From an uncultured Nitrospiraceae bacterium (GTDB lineage Bacteria; Nitrospirota; Nitrospiria; Nitrospirales; Nitrospiraceae), in contig CAVPLT010000001.1 in assembly GCA_963706325.1 (NCBI GenBank), forward strand, positions 224,001 to 288,000: a stretch of 64,000 nucleotides of DNA. Direction: 5' to 3'. Shown here piece by piece: positions 29,603 to 41,012 of this stretch. The translations under genes and the position numbers were made by a program. The first letter of the stretch is position 1. Every line of letters starts with the position of its first letter. The notes beneath the pieces are model-generated. The model did not search any database and was not told the origin of the DNA. It saw only the letters and a program-made list of their open reading frames with translations.

Positions 29603-31247
29603 CTAACGATCCGTCAGCAGCAATTTATACTCGATGCTATCCGCCAGCGCCTGCCAGCTGGCTTCCATAATGTTTTCTGATACGCCGACCGTTCCCCACT
29701 TATCTTTGTGATCTCCCGATTCGATCAACACTCGCACTTTGGACTCTGTCCCCTTATTGGCCGACAAGACGCGAACCTTATAATCCAGCAATTTGACTTC
29801 GCGAAGTTGTGGATAAAATTTTTCTAATGCCTTGCGAAGTGCATGGTCGAGTGCATTCACCGGGCCGGCACCCACCGCGGCCGTATGTTCAACCACATTG
29901 CCGACCTTCACCATCACCGTTGCCTCAGACAACAACATGCCCAACTCTTGTTTCTTCTCGACGATCACTCGAAAACCCAGTAACTGGAAGGACGGACAAT
30001 GACTCCCCATCGCTTTGCGCATCAACAATTCAAACGAGCCTTCGGCGCCTTCGAATTGATACCCTTGGCTTTCACGCTCCTTCAACGTTTCAACCAACTC
30101 CTGCAGCTTTGCGTGATTCTTGCTGAGCGAGATACCGTAGGCCTCGACCTTCTCCATGAGCCCGCTACGACCCGCATAATCGGACACTAACATCCGCTGA
30201 CGATTTCCCACTTCCGCCGGAGCAATATGCTCATAGGTTGCCGCGTTCTTGAGCACCGCATGGATGTGCACGCCCCCTTTATGGGCGAACGCCGCATCAC
30301 CTACGTACGGCTGCTGTTTATTGGGCATCAGATTGGCAATCTCAGTGACAAATCCCGATACGTCTTTCAGGCGCGTGAGATTTTTGCCGAGTAGCCGGCC
30401 GCCGCATCTTCAGCTGCAAGTTAGGAATAATGGAACACAGGTTCGCGTTTCCGCATCGCTCACCGATGCCGTTAATGGTTCCCTGCACCTGCAAAATTCC
30501 AGACTCGACCGCCACGAGCGAATTGGCCACCGCCATTTCACTATCGTTATGTGCATGAATCCCCAACGGCACGGGACACTCCTGCTTTACGATTCGGCAA
30601 ATTTCACGGATTTCCCATGGCATCGTGCCGCCGTTCGTGTCGCACAGAATCACTCGTTCGGCGCCACCCTCAATCGCCTTTCTGATTGTCTGCAAGGCAT
30701 ACTCTGGATTCGCTTTGTAGCCGTCGAAAAAATGTTCGGCATCGTAGAATACCCGACGATCTTTCGAACGAAGATAGTGTATTGAATCTTCGATAAGTTC
30801 CAGATTTTTGGAGAGTGAAATGCCTAGCGCATCCGTCACTTGGAACGACCAGCTCTTGCCGAAGAGCGTAATCGTATGCGTGCCGGACTCCAGTAATGCC
30901 TGAATGTTTTTGTCTTTACGGGCCGCATTGCTGGCCTTTCGAGTCGAACCGAAGGCCACGATGGTCGCATGCCGAAAAGGTATCGTTTTAACGATCCTGA
31001 AGAACTCGATGTCTTTTGGATTAGCGCCCGGCCACCCGCCTTCGATGAACTGCACCCCAAGCTCGTCGAGCTGTTGCGCGACACGAACTTTGTCCTCGAC
31101 AGAGAAACTGACATCCTCCGCTTGGGCGCCGTCGCGCAGCGTTGTATCGTAAATTTCCAGCGCAGCGGCCTGCGCCGTGGTGAGTGTCGGTACCGTAACA
31201 GGTTCTGCTGCATGGGATGGATGCGACCGTAGAGTTCGTGGTTTCAT
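29603..31247 (-). CDS. cimA: Citramalate synthase (Geobacter-type CimA), frameshift near 30393
   Basis: DTTLRDG, HAHND, GERCGN in one frame; AFAHKGG...GPVNALD...VRVLIES in another; joined by CCG GCT A CTC GGC. Confidence 0.85.
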
Positions 31248-31320
31248 AGATATGAGAGTAGCAGGGACATGAATGGACTGTCGAGGATCCCGCAGGACCG
31301 GAGAGCGCTTCCGCCCCCTG

Positions 31321-32557
31321 TCAGCCCAGAGCAGGCGCCGATATCTGATCCAGCCCGAACGCCGTATGGAGTGTCCGCATGGCCAGCTCCAAGTACTTTT
31401 CGTCAATTACACAGGAAATTTTTATTTCCGATGTGCTGATCATCATGATGTTGACACCCTCACGTGACAGCACCTCGAACATCTTCGCCGCCACCCCGGA
31501 ATGCGACCGCATGCCCACCCCAATGAGAGAGACCTTGGCAATCGATTCGGTCACTGCCACCGACCGGGCGCCGATCTCCTGGGACAGGCGCTGGACCAGA
31601 TCGACGGCACTGCGCAAATCCGGCTTCGGAACCGTGAACGATATATCGGTCAATGGAAGCTTGACTCACGTTCTGAATGATCATGTCGACCACGATATTG
31701 GCATTCGCCACCGCTCCAAATACGCGCGCGGCAATGCCCGGGCGATCCGGCACGCCGACAATTGTGATCTTCGCCTGATTGCGGTCACCCGTCACTCCCG
31801 ACACCATGACCCCTTCCATATCGGCATCTTCACGCGTCACGAGCGTTCCCTTTCCTTCTTTGAAACTGGAATTGACCTCTACCGGTACGGCATATTTCGC
31901 CGCAAACTCGACCGACCGACTCTGCAGCACCTTCGCGCCGAGACTCGCCATTTCCAACATTTCTTCGTAAGAGATCTTATCTAAGCGACGTGCGGCCGGC
32001 ACAATGTTCGGATCGGCGGTATATACACCATCCACATCCGTATAAATAATGCACCGATCAGCCTTCAACGCAGCCGCCAGCGCGACGGCTGTAAGGTCCG
32101 ATCCGCCTCGCCCCAGCGTGGTAACATCCGAGCGGGCATTGATGCCCTGAAACCCCGCCACGACCGGAACGATGCCCTCGGACAGCGCGTCCTTGATGCG
32201 ATCGGCCGTAACCCGAGAAATTCTGGCTTTGGTATGAGCGCTGTCGGTATGGATCCCGACCTGCCGACCCGTGAAGGAACGGGCATGCACCCCGCGCCCG
32301 CGAAGATCCATGGCGAGTAATGCGATCGTGACTCGCTCTCCCGTGGAGAGCAACATATCCAATTCGCGTTCGTCGGGGATACCCGTCACTTCATGGGCCA
32401 ATTTGAGTAGCCGATCGGTTTCGCCGCTCATTGCCGACAGCACGACAACGACGTGATGTCCCTCTTTGTGGGCTCGCTCGACGCGCTCGGCAACCCGATG
32501 AATCCGCTCCACGTTGCCGACGGAAGTGCCGCCATATTTTTGAACGATCAGCGCCAC
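31321..32557 (-). CDS. lysC: Aspartate kinase, frameshift near 31654
   Basis: [17 protein letters not shown], two ACT domains; one extra base in TCC A TTG ACC GAT. Confidence 0.9.
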
Positions 32558-32562
32558 GGATT

Positions 32563-33813
32563 CTAGGTCCCGCGGGGAAACAGTCGGGTCATGAGTTTCG
32601 TCGCATCACGCGGCGCAGTTCCCGCGATATGCTCTTCTTGTTCATGGAAACGCTTGGCCGCTCCTGATTGCGACTGACCAGCACTGTCACAGAGCGCATA
32701 TAAGATCGGCGGAGCCGCGGAGACCTGACTGGTTGCCAAACCAGGATCGCAGACCACGAGCAGCCGATAGGACGATTGGGTAGCCAATGCTGTAAGAATC
32801 GGACCGACGATCTGGGCATCAAATTGTTCGATGGCTCGGACCTTTTCTCGAACGTCAGTCGCGTGGAGCACATCGTCTGACAGTCCGGCATGAAGATACA
32901 CCAAGTCCTTTTTGGCTAACTCCCGCACTGCCGCTTCGACCTGTCCCGCTAACGACTTTGACCCATCTCCGTCATCGAGGGGCCATTCGACCGCCTCCAA
33001 CCCAGCACACAATCCAACCCCGCGATGAACATCGCTGGATGCCACGACAGAACCAGTGATTCCATACCGTTCCGGCAGGGGGGGCCAGAGAGCGGCACGG
33101 CCCTGTCCCCACAACCACAGACAGTTGGCGGGCCGTAAACCCTCCTGCTGGCGCTCCTCGTTGAGTGGATGGTCACGTAGAATGAAAAAGGCCGCGTCCA
33201 TAAGTTTTCGCAAGACATCGGCGCCATCGCCAGCCGGTAACGCGTCCGCAATCGACCGGCCGACCAGTTGCTGAGGATCGATGCATGTCGCGCGTGACTT
33301 CCCCCCGACCCACACCATTAAATGCCGGTGTCCTGCGCCGGGATAGAACTGGATGGACTCCGCCCCGAGTTGTTCATTCACGGCCTCAAGCAGGTCCCTC
33401 GCCTGGTCCGTATCGATGAGGCCGGCGGTCGCGTCCTCCATGACCACATGCGCCCCCAATTTCTTGATCTCGGTCACAATATCCTTGCTACCGGACGCAC
33501 CTTCACCTCGCACCGTCACCATGGTGCAACGAAACACCACATCCTGTTCGCCCACCGTGATCCCTAGGCCGGCCGCTTCGAGCGGACCGGAGCCGAGATA
33601 GTACTTTTTAGGATCGTAGCCGAGCACGGCCACACTGGTGACGTCGCTCCCAACCGGTCCACTTTCTGATGGAAGACTCAGCAGCCCGACTTCGCTACTC
33701 TGGGCAATGCGATCGAGATGAGGAGTCGAGGCCGTGGCAAGAGGCGTCTTCCCACCGAGTTCCGGACAGGGGATGTGAGTCATCCCGTCGGCATGCAGGA
33801 TCAAGTATTTCAT
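32563..33813 (-). CDS. ApgM-like (cofactor-independent phosphoglycerate mutase family) protein, possible homoserine-kinase substitute
   Basis: ADGM...GKTPL...[26 protein letters not shown]. Confidence 0.8.
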   Translation of the reverse strand: MKYLILHADGMTHIPCPELGGKTPLATASTPHLDRIAQSSEVGLLSLPSESGPVGSDVTSVAVLGYDPKKYYLGSGPLEAAGLGITVGEQDVVFRCTMVTVRGEGASGSKDIVTEIKKLGAHVVMEDATAGLIDTDQARDLLEAVNEQLGAESIQFYPGAGHRHLMVWVGGKSRATCIDPQQLVGRSIADALPAGDGADVLRKLMDAAFFILRDHPLNEERQQEGLRPANCLWLWGQGRAALWPPLPERYGITGSVVASSDVHRGVGLCAGLEAVEWPLDDGDGSKSLAGQVEAAVRELAKKDLVYLHAGLSDDVLHATDVREKVRAIEQFDAQIVGPILTALATQSSYRLLVVCDPGLATSQVSAAPPILYALCDSAGQSQSGAAKRFHEQEEHIAGTAPRDATKLMTRLFPRGT

Positions 33814-33831
33814 GCAATGTTCCTGAGGTAA

Positions 33832-34890
33832 TCAGACATGAAGGAGGCGGGCCACATCATCGCGAGTGGCTTTAACTGTCTTCGGCTGACGTGAAATGCC
33901 AATCGCCGTATCGGCATCCTTTAAACCATGCCCGGTCAACGTACACACGACCGTGGCACCTTCTTTCAACATACCGGCGTGACTCATTTTAATGACACCG
34001 GCGACCGATGTCGCTGACGCAGGTTCACAAAAAACACCTTCCTCCATGGCCACCATTGCATAGGCAGACAAGATCTCTTCATCGGTGACCATATCAATGG
34101 CCCCCGACGATTCTTGCACAGCCGTGAGCGCCGACTGCCAACTGGCCGGATTGCCGATCCTGATAGCCGTTGCCACAGTCTGAGGCTCTTCTATCACGTG
34201 ACCCAACACGATGGGCGCCGCGCCGGCAGCCTGAAACCCCATCATTCGCGGCAGGCGCGTCGTTTGATTGGCCGCACGATATTCTCGATAGCCGTTCCAA
34301 TAGGCGGTAATATTACCCGCATTCCCTACGGGAAGTACATGCATAGTAGGCGCATCGCCAAGATCGTCGCAAATCTCCATGGCCGCCGTTTTTTGCCCCT
34401 CGATCCTGTAAGGATTGATGGAATTGACCAATTCCACAGGGTACGTCGCAGAGAGTTCCTTGACGATGGTCAAGGCCTGGTCAAAGTTTCCTTCGACTTG
34501 AATGACGGTAGCTTGATGCATCATCGCTTGCGACAACTTACCGAGCGCAATCTTTCCTGCAGGAATAAGGACATAGACGGCAATCCCTGCCCGCGCCCCA
34601 TACGCGGCGGCCGAAGCGGACGTGTTGCCCGTAGAGGCACAAATCACCGCTCGCGCCCCTCCCTCGAGCGCCTTAGAGATTGCCATGGTCATCCCGCGAT
34701 CCTTGAAGGACCCCGTCGGATTCATACCCTCATATTTGAGATAGAGATCCACCCCCGGCGCAATTTTCTTGGCCAGTCGCGCCGCGCGGATGAGCGGCGT
34801 ATTGCCTTCGCCCAAGGTAATAACGGGCGTCTGGGCCGTCACCGTAAGGAACTTCCGATACTCTTCGATGATGCCGCGCCAGCGAGTCAT
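33832..34890 (-). CDS. thrC: Threonine synthase (start may be 34944)
   Basis: [32 protein letters not shown]. Confidence 0.95.
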   Translation of the reverse strand: MTRWRGIIEEYRKFLTVTAQTPVITLGEGNTPLIRAARLAKKIAPGVDLYLKYEGMNPTGSFKDRGMTMAISKALEGGARAVICASTGNTSASAAAYGARAGIAVYVLIPAGKIALGKLSQAMMHQATVIQVEGNFDQALTIVKELSATYPVELVNSINPYRIEGQKTAAMEICDDLGDAPTMHVLPVGNAGNITAYWNGYREYRAANQTTRLPRMMGFQAAGAAPIVLGHVIEEPQTVATAIRIGNPASWQSALTAVQESSGAIDMVTDEEILSAYAMVAMEEGVFCEPASATSVAGVIKMSHAGMLKEGATVVCTLTGHGLKDADTAIGISRQPKTVKATRDDVARLLHV

Positions 34891-34936
34891 GACATCCTTT
34901 TCGGCCACTCGAGAGACCAAGTCGGAGACCTCATGG

Positions 34937-36250
34937 TCATTCATCCCGCCCTTCAACCCGAATGAGGGTGGTGGGTTCGGAAATGTAGGGCATGGGGTTG
35001 ATGTCCCGAAGGGCGTTCTGCATATCTCGCTCTTTCGCCATATGCGTCATGATGACGACCGGCACCGTTTGCCCTTCCTTGCGTCCTTGCTGCAGCACCG
35101 AAGAAATACTGATGCCGTAACGGCCCAGTACTCCGGCAATCTGCGACAACACACCCGGGCGGTCCAGGACCATGAAACGAATATAGTAGAGTGACGTGAT
35201 TTCTTCCATTGGCCGCATCCGTAAGGGACGCCGTTGATCTTGTTGATATGACGCAGGCGGGACGCGTCCCGTGGCATTCTTGAGCAGATTGCGCGCGATG
35301 GACATGACATCGCTGACTACGGCACTGCCTGTTGGCATCGATCCGGCACCGCGGCCATAGAGGACGACATCCTCCACGGCGTCGCCGACCAATTGAATCG
35401 CATTATACACACCGTCCACCTTGGCGATTTGAGATGCGGATGGGACCATGGTGGGATGCACGCGGGCCTCGATCTCGCCGTCGGAATATTTCGCGATCGC
35501 CAGCAACTTGATCGTAAATCCGAACTCCTTCGCATAGGCGATATCGACCGGCGTGAGCCCGGCAATGCCCTCGGTGTAAATCTCTTTGAAATTGACGGGT
35601 GTGCCATAGGCCAAACTGACCATAATTGCCAACTTATGCGCCGAGTCGATTCCCGCGATATCGAAGGTAGGATCGGCTTCGGCATATCCCGCTTGCTTGG
35701 CGTCCTCCAGCACCACCTCGAATCGTTGTCCCTCAGTGGTCATGCGGCTAAGGATATAATTTGAAGTGCCGTTAATGATGCCATAGATGGATTGGATATT
35801 ATTCGCAGCCAATCCCTCCATCAAGGCACGGATCACAGGAATACCGCCGCCCACACTCGCCTCAAATCCGAGATCGATCCCATGACGGGATGCGGCGGCG
35901 AAGATCTCTTCACCATGTACAGCCAGCAATGCCTTATTGGCCGTTACGACATGTTTGCCTCGCTGTACTGCGTCCAATATGACGCGCTTTGCAAGGTCAT
36001 ACCCACCCATCAACTCGATCACAATATCAACGCGCGGATCGGTCAATACCTGCTGGATATCAGCGGTCAGAACTCCTGGTGGAATGACAATTCCGCGGTC
36101 GCGCGTGATGTCCAAGTCCGCGATACGCACCAAGTTGATCGGCACTCCTACTCGACGCTGAATCAGCTCAGCGTTCTCGATCAAGACGCGGGCAACGCCC
36201 GTTCCGACGGTTCCGAACCCGATTAATCCGACTCCGATTTCCGTCTTCAT
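34937..36250 (-). CDS. hom: Homoserine dehydrogenase with C-terminal ACT domain
   Basis: [33 protein letters not shown]. Confidence 0.96.
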   Translation of the reverse strand: MKTEIGVGLIGFGTVGTGVARVLIENAELIQRRVGVPINLVRIADLDITRDRGIVIPPGVLTADIQQVLTDPRVDIVIELMGGYDLAKRVILDAVQRGKHVVTANKALLAVHGEEIFAAASRHGIDLGFEASVGGGIPVIRALMEGLAANNIQSIYGIINGTSNYILSRMTTEGQRFEVVLEDAKQAGYAEADPTFDIAGIDSAHKLAIMVSLAYGTPVNFKEIYTEGIAGLTPVDIAYAKEFGFTIKLLAIAKYSDGEIEARVHPTMVPSASQIAKVDGVYNAIQLVGDAVEDVVLYGRGAGSMPTGSAVVSDVMSIARNLLKNATGRVPPASYQQDQRRPLRMRPMEEITSLYYIRFMVLDRPGVLSQIAGVLGRYGISISSVLQQGRKEGQTVPVVIMTHMAKERDMQNALRDINPMPYISEPTTLIRVEGRDE

Positions 36251-37443
36251 AAATCCTGATCGTCCATCTTCAAGACTTTTCGAATGCCGCGCAGAGCCTG
36301 GCGCGTGCGATGTTCATTTTCCACCAAGGCAAACCGCACAAACTCGTCTCCCCCTTCTCCAAATCCGATACCCGGGGACACGGCCACCTTGCCATCTCTC
36401 AACAGCAGTTTCGAAAACTCCAGTGAGCCCATGTGTCGAAAGGGGTCAGGAATACGAGCCCAGACGAACATGGTAGCGCGGGGTAATCCTACCTGCCAAC
36501 CGATCCTGTTGAGCCCATTGACGAGGACATTGCGCCGATTTTGATACCGCTGCACAACCTCTTTGACACAGTCTTGCGGGCCGTTCAACGCCACCGTACT
36601 GGCGATCTGAATGGGCTGGAAAATACCATAGTCGAGATAACTCTTGATCTTGGCGAGTGCGCCGACGACTTCGCGGTTACCGACGCAAAATCCGACACGC
36701 CAGCCAGGCATGTTGTAGGCCTTGGAGAGAGTATAAAACTCCACGCCGACATCCTTCGCTTCCGGGACTTGCAGAAAACTGGGCGCCTTATAACCGTCGA
36801 AGGCGATATCGGCATACGCCAAGTCATGAATCACGATGACATCGTGTTCTTTGGCGAACGCCACGATCTTTTTGAAAAACTCAAGATCGACCACTGCAGT
36901 TGTCGGATTATGCGGAAAATTGATCACCAGGATACGGGGCCGTGGCAAGGTCTGGCGGTAGACACGCAGAAGATCGTCAAAAAAATCGCTATCCTGCCGC
37001 AATTCAATCCCGCGCACCTCACCGCCGGCAATAATGAAACTGTACATGTGGATAGGGTAGGTCGGCGTCGGCGTGAGTACGACGTCGCCCGGACCGATCG
37101 TGGCCAGGGCCAAGTGCGCAATACCTTCTTTGGACCCGATCGTCACGATCGCTTCGGTCTCGGGGTCCAACTCCACATCATAGTTTCGCTTATACCAACC
37201 GGTTATGGCATGGCGAAGCTTGGTGATTCCACGCGAAGCCGAGTAGCGATGGTTTTTCGCCTTCTTGGAGGCATCAATCATTTTATCGACAATATGATTG
37301 GGCGTGGGCTGGTCCGGATTGCCCATGCCGAAATCGATAATATCTTCGCCTTGCTGACGCGCCTCAAGCTTCAGACTTTGGACCTGCGCAAACACGTAGG
37401 GGGGAAGTCTTTTAATGCGGTAAAAGCCGTCGCTGATCGCCAT
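36247..37443 (-). CDS. Class I PLP aminotransferase (AlaC/YfdZ-like)
   Basis: [32 protein letters not shown]. Confidence 0.88.
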   Translation of the reverse strand: MAISDGFYRIKRLPPYVFAQVQSLKLEARQQGEDIIDFGMGNPDQPTPNHIVDKMIDASKKAKNHRYSASRGITKLRHAITGWYKRNYDVELDPETEAIVTIGSKEGIAHLALATIGPGDVVLTPTPTYPIHMYSFIIAGGEVRGIELRQDSDFFDDLLRVYRQTLPRPRILVINFPHNPTTAVVDLEFFKKIVAFAKEHDVIVIHDLAYADIAFDGYKAPSFLQVPEAKDVGVEFYTLSKAYNMPGWRVGFCVGNREVVGALAKIKSYLDYGIFQPIQIASTVALNGPQDCVKEVVQRYQNRRNVLVNGLNRIGWQVGLPRATMFVWARIPDPFRHMGSLEFSKLLLRDGKVAVSPGIGFGEGGDEFVRFALVENEHRTRQALRGIRKVLKMDDQDL

Positions 37444-37747
37444 GAATGTGTCAGACTCCTAAGGGCGAGACCTCTGCCAAATTGGTTTGGTCGCTATGCC
37501 TTTGAAAAAGGCGTATTTTAATTGAGGCCTCAATGTGAGTCAATTTCACTAGGATTCTAGTGAGTTGGAGATCATCATCCGTCTTTCGCGGGCAGTACAT
37601 TTGTCGGGACAGACCGTAATATGTCCTCCTTGCTCCTCCCCTCCTGATTCTGTTAATAATGCCCCAGCAACGAGAGAATTGTCTATGAATTTCGGCCAGT
37701 TCTGACACCTTTCTGCTGTATCATTTCATGCAAACTGCGGAGGCGCG

Positions 37748-38461
37748 ATGGCTCGATTGGGCGTCAATATCGATCATGTGGCGACACTGCGGCAGTCACG
37801 CGGCGGAACAGATCCCGATCCCCTGACCGCCGCGATTCTCGTCGAACTAGCCGGGGCCGATGGGCTGGTCGTGCATCTGCGGGAAGACCGCCGACATATT
37901 CAAGATCGCGATCTCACCATGTTGCGGGAAATCGTTCGGACGAAATTGGACCTTGAAATGGCCGCGGATGACGCGATGGCAAAGATCGCGCTCAGCGTCA
38001 AACCAGACCTCGTCACCTTGGTGCCCGAACGACGACAAGAGTTGACCACCGAAGGTGGGCTCGATGTCGTCAATCACCGTGACCGCATTCAAAAAATCGT
38101 CGATTTGCTGCGGGATGGCGGCATCCCTACCAGTCTGTTCGTGGAACCAGGCCTGGATCAAATCAAAGCGGCCCATAAAATCGGGGCAGCCTATGTCGAA
38201 CTGCACACGGGTCGCTACTCCAACGCGAAGCGTTCCAAAGAAGAGGACGAGGAATTTGAGGCCATCACCCAGGCAGCCAAGCTGGCGTATAAACTCGGCC
38301 TCGGTGTAAATGCCGGCCATGGTTTAAATTATAAAAATGTAAAACGTCTGGCCAAGCTGCCGGAGATCGTGGAATTCAACATCGGCCATAGCATTATTGC
38401 CCGCTCAGTCATGGTCGGACTCGTCCAAGCAGTTCGAGAAATGAGGGAACTTGTGGCCTAA
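37748..38461 (+). CDS. pdxJ: Pyridoxine 5'-phosphate synthase
   Basis: LGVNIDHVATLR, HLREDRRHI, NAGHGL, NIGH. Confidence 0.97.
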   Translation: MARLGVNIDHVATLRQSRGGTDPDPLTAAILVELAGADGLVVHLREDRRHIQDRDLTMLREIVRTKLDLEMAADDAMAKIALSVKPDLVTLVPERRQELTTEGGLDVVNHRDRIQKIVDLLRDGGIPTSLFVEPGLDQIKAAHKIGAAYVELHTGRYSNAKRSKEEDEEFEAITQAAKLAYKLGLGVNAGHGLNYKNVKRLAKLPEIVEFNIGHSIIARSVMVGLVQAVREMRELVA

Positions 38462-38516
38462 ATCCGCGGCCCCGTCGGCAGCATAGACTGGCCGTACCGC
38501 AGGTCACTGATACACC

Positions 38517-40073
38517 ATGATACCCATCGTGACCGCCGACCAGATGCGCGCCCTTGATCACCGAACGATCACGGAAGCGCATGTCTCCTCCCTCACCCTC
38601 ATGGAGCGAGCAGGCGCAGGAGTGGTCGCCCAGATGGAAGAACGGTTTGGGCCGCTCGCCGGAAAATCGATCGCCGTCGTCTGCGGCAAGGGAAACAACG
38701 GGGGTGACGGATTCGTCATCGGTCGATTGTTGCGACGAAGTAAGGTTCGAGTGCAGCTGCTGCTACTCGTCTCTCCAACCGAGCTCGGTCGCGACGCGAA
38801 AACCATGTATCAACTGTTTCAGCGGGCGGCAGGACAATCGGCCATCACCCGCCCTACCGATGCCGAGGATCTACGCCGACGGCTCACTGCCAGCGATATC
38901 ATCGTTGATGCCATCGTGGGAACTGGCCTGTCCGCCCCTATCGACGATCTCTACCGTGACGCGATTCTGGCAATCAATGCCGCGGGCCGCCCCACCGTTG
39001 CCGTGGACCTTCCATCCGGCCTCCACGCAGATACAGGAAACGTTCTGGGAGTTGCGGTGCAAGCCGATCTGACGGTGACCTTCGGACTGCCAAAAATCGG
39101 GCTCTATAACGGATCCGGCATCGATTGTTCTGGAACAGTACGGGTGGTCGATATTGGAATTCCGGCGTCGTTTGTCGAGGCCGTCGGCAGTCGCCTGATG
39201 CTTCTGACCGATGCAACGGCCCGTGCGGCGCTCCCCACGCGGCGACCGTCCTCCCACAAAGGAACCTACGGGCATGTCGGCATCGTCGCTGGATCGGTCG
39301 GCAAGACAGGCTCTGCCGCCATGGCCGGCTTGGCGGCACTCCGCGTCGGAACCGGATTGGTCACGGTCGCGGTGCCCTCCAGCGTCAACGACGCGCTGGA
39401 AGCCAAAATGTTGGAGGTGATGACGCTGCCGATGCCGGAGACCAAAGCCCGCACCTTCGCGCGCACCGGCCTGGAGCGCCTCCTGGCCTTCGCCGCCACG
39501 CGAGATGCGGTGGTGATCGGCCCCGGCCTGACGACTCACCCTGAGACGGTCGACTTGGTGCAGGAATTCGTCAAACGTATCGACAAGCCTTGCGTGCTGG
39601 ATGCGGATGCGTTGAACGCCCTGGCAGGAAAAGCCTCGCTGCTGACCCAGTGCAGGCGACCGCCGATCATCACGCCTCACCCAGGAGAGATGGCCAGACT
39701 CGAAACCGATGCGACCACCCAGTCTGTGAATCAAGATCGTCTCGGTACAGCCATGCGATTTGCGCGCGAACGTGGCGCCATCGTGATCCTCAAAGGCGCG
39801 CGCACGGTGATTGCCCGACCGGATGGCTTGACAGCCATTTGTCCTACCGGCAATCCCGGAATGGCCACCGCCGGAACCGGTGATGTCTTGACAGGCATGG
39901 TCGGCGGCCTCCTCGCCCAAAGGCTCTCGCCGTGGGATGCGGCGTGCACTGCTACCTACTTTCACGGACTGGCGGGAGATCTCGCGGCGAATATCTATGG
40001 CCAAGCCGGCATGCTCGCTCGTGATCTAATCCGACAGATTCCTCATGCGCTCACCTCCACCACGCACGAGTAA
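38517..40073 (+). CDS. nnr: Bifunctional NAD(P)H-hydrate epimerase/dehydratase (YjeF)
   Basis: GKGNNGGDG, DLPSG, HKGTYG, TPHPGE, GTGDVL. Confidence 0.95.
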   Translation: MIPIVTADQMRALDHRTITEAHVSSLTLMERAGAGVVAQMEERFGPLAGKSIAVVCGKGNNGGDGFVIGRLLRRSKVRVQLLLLVSPTELGRDAKTMYQLFQRAAGQSAITRPTDAEDLRRRLTASDIIVDAIVGTGLSAPIDDLYRDAILAINAAGRPTVAVDLPSGLHADTGNVLGVAVQADLTVTFGLPKIGLYNGSGIDCSGTVRVVDIGIPASFVEAVGSRLMLLTDATARAALPTRRPSSHKGTYGHVGIVAGSVGKTGSAAMAGLAALRVGTGLVTVAVPSSVNDALEAKMLEVMTLPMPETKARTFARTGLERLLAFAATRDAVVIGPGLTTHPETVDLVQEFVKRIDKPCVLDADALNALAGKASLLTQCRRPPIITPHPGEMARLETDATTQSVNQDRLGTAMRFARERGAIVILKGARTVIARPDGLTAICPTGNPGMATAGTGDVLTGMVGGLLAQRLSPWDAACTATYFHGLAGDLAANIYGQAGMLARDLIRQIPHALTSTTHE

Positions 40074-40077
40074 GCCC

Positions 40078-40671
40078 ATGGCTGCGTCATCGTCGCCTCC
40101 TCGACAAAAACGGACGGGAACCCACCCAGTCAGCAAACCTTGGCGCCTCGTCTTGCCATCGCCCCGGCAGACGCAGCGGCTGGGTCTATGCCTTGGCCAA
40201 TTACTCCAAGGAGGGGAGGTGGTGGCCTTGTTTGGGGATCTGGGAACGGGCAAGACCTGGCTGGTTCGAGCCATGGCCGAAGGGTTGCTGGCCGATCCCA
40301 CAGCAGTCAGTAGCCCGACTTTTACGCTGATACATGAATACCAGGGACGGCTCCGTCTCATTCATGCCGATTTATACCGGCTGACTGCCGCACAACTTAA
40401 CGACACGGGACTGAGTGACTACTTAGACGGTCACACCATCACCGCGATCGAGTGGGCTGACCGTTGGAATGTCGGTCTTCCGCCGGATCGTTTAGACATT
40501 CACTTATCACATGGCCCCACCGCGACACGTCGCGCCATTCTGACGGCCACTGGCCCTTCAGCCTCCCGGTTACTGGCTGCCGTTCGGACCCGCCTTTCGA
40601 AGAACTCTCCCACTAGAGAGCCTCAGCCAACCCGTGTACAATTGCCGCGGTCGAGGAGGGCATCGCTTTGA
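40078..40671 (+). CDS. tsaE: tRNA threonylcarbamoyladenosine biosynthesis ATPase TsaE
   Basis: GDLGTGKT, SPTFTL, HADLYRL, IEW. Confidence 0.93.
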   Translation: MAASSSPPRQKRTGTHPVSKPWRLVLPSPRQTQRLGLCLGQLLQGGEVVALFGDLGTGKTWLVRAMAEGLLADPTAVSSPTFTLIHEYQGRLRLIHADLYRLTAAQLNDTGLSDYLDGHTITAIEWADRWNVGLPPDRLDIHLSHGPTATRRAILTATGPSASRLLAAVRTRLSKNSPTREPQPTRVQLPRSRRASL

Positions 40672-41012
40672 TTCGTTTGATTTTGGTGGGCACCCTACTT
40701 CTACTCGCACTGTCGTTTGTTTTGCAGAATCAAGAGCAGGAAGTCACGTTGCGGTATTTTTTCGGCCTTCGCTCGGCCTCGATCCTGATCTATAAGCCGA
40801 TCTTAGCCGCATTTGGGGTCGGCCTCCTCGTATCGGGAATTCTGTTGTTTCCAGCCTGGGTACGAGGTCGGATTGAACTCAGGCGAAAAACCAAGGCGCT
40901 CCAAGAAGCTGAAATGGATTTGGAACGTCTCCGACAGGCGCTGGATAAGGCCGCGCGCCGCGGAAGCCCATCGGCAATCACAGAATCCGCGGGAGACCCC
41001 TCTGATGGGTGA
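40668..41012 (+). CDS. LapA/DUF1049-like small membrane protein
   Basis: TM helix - FVLQN - TM helix - coiled coil. Confidence 0.7.
   Translation: MIRLILVGTLLLLALSFVLQNQEQEVTLRYFFGLRSASILIYKPILAAFGVGLLVSGILLFPAWVRGRIELRRKTKALQEAEMDLERLRQALDKAARRGSPSAITESAGDPSDG

Noticed and set aside
37451..37708. Leader-peptide ORF for the threonine operon
   Set aside because: No Thr/Ile/Lys codon run and no well-placed RBS-start pair.
38871..40004. 377-aa antisense ORF (also 36541-37521, 34114-34965, 51772-52497)
   Set aside because: Shadow ORFs opposite well-conserved genes in GC-rich DNA, with no motifs.
40813..41004. Extended MutS N-terminus
   Set aside because: It overlaps the LapA-like gene; MutS similarity begins after ATG 41005.
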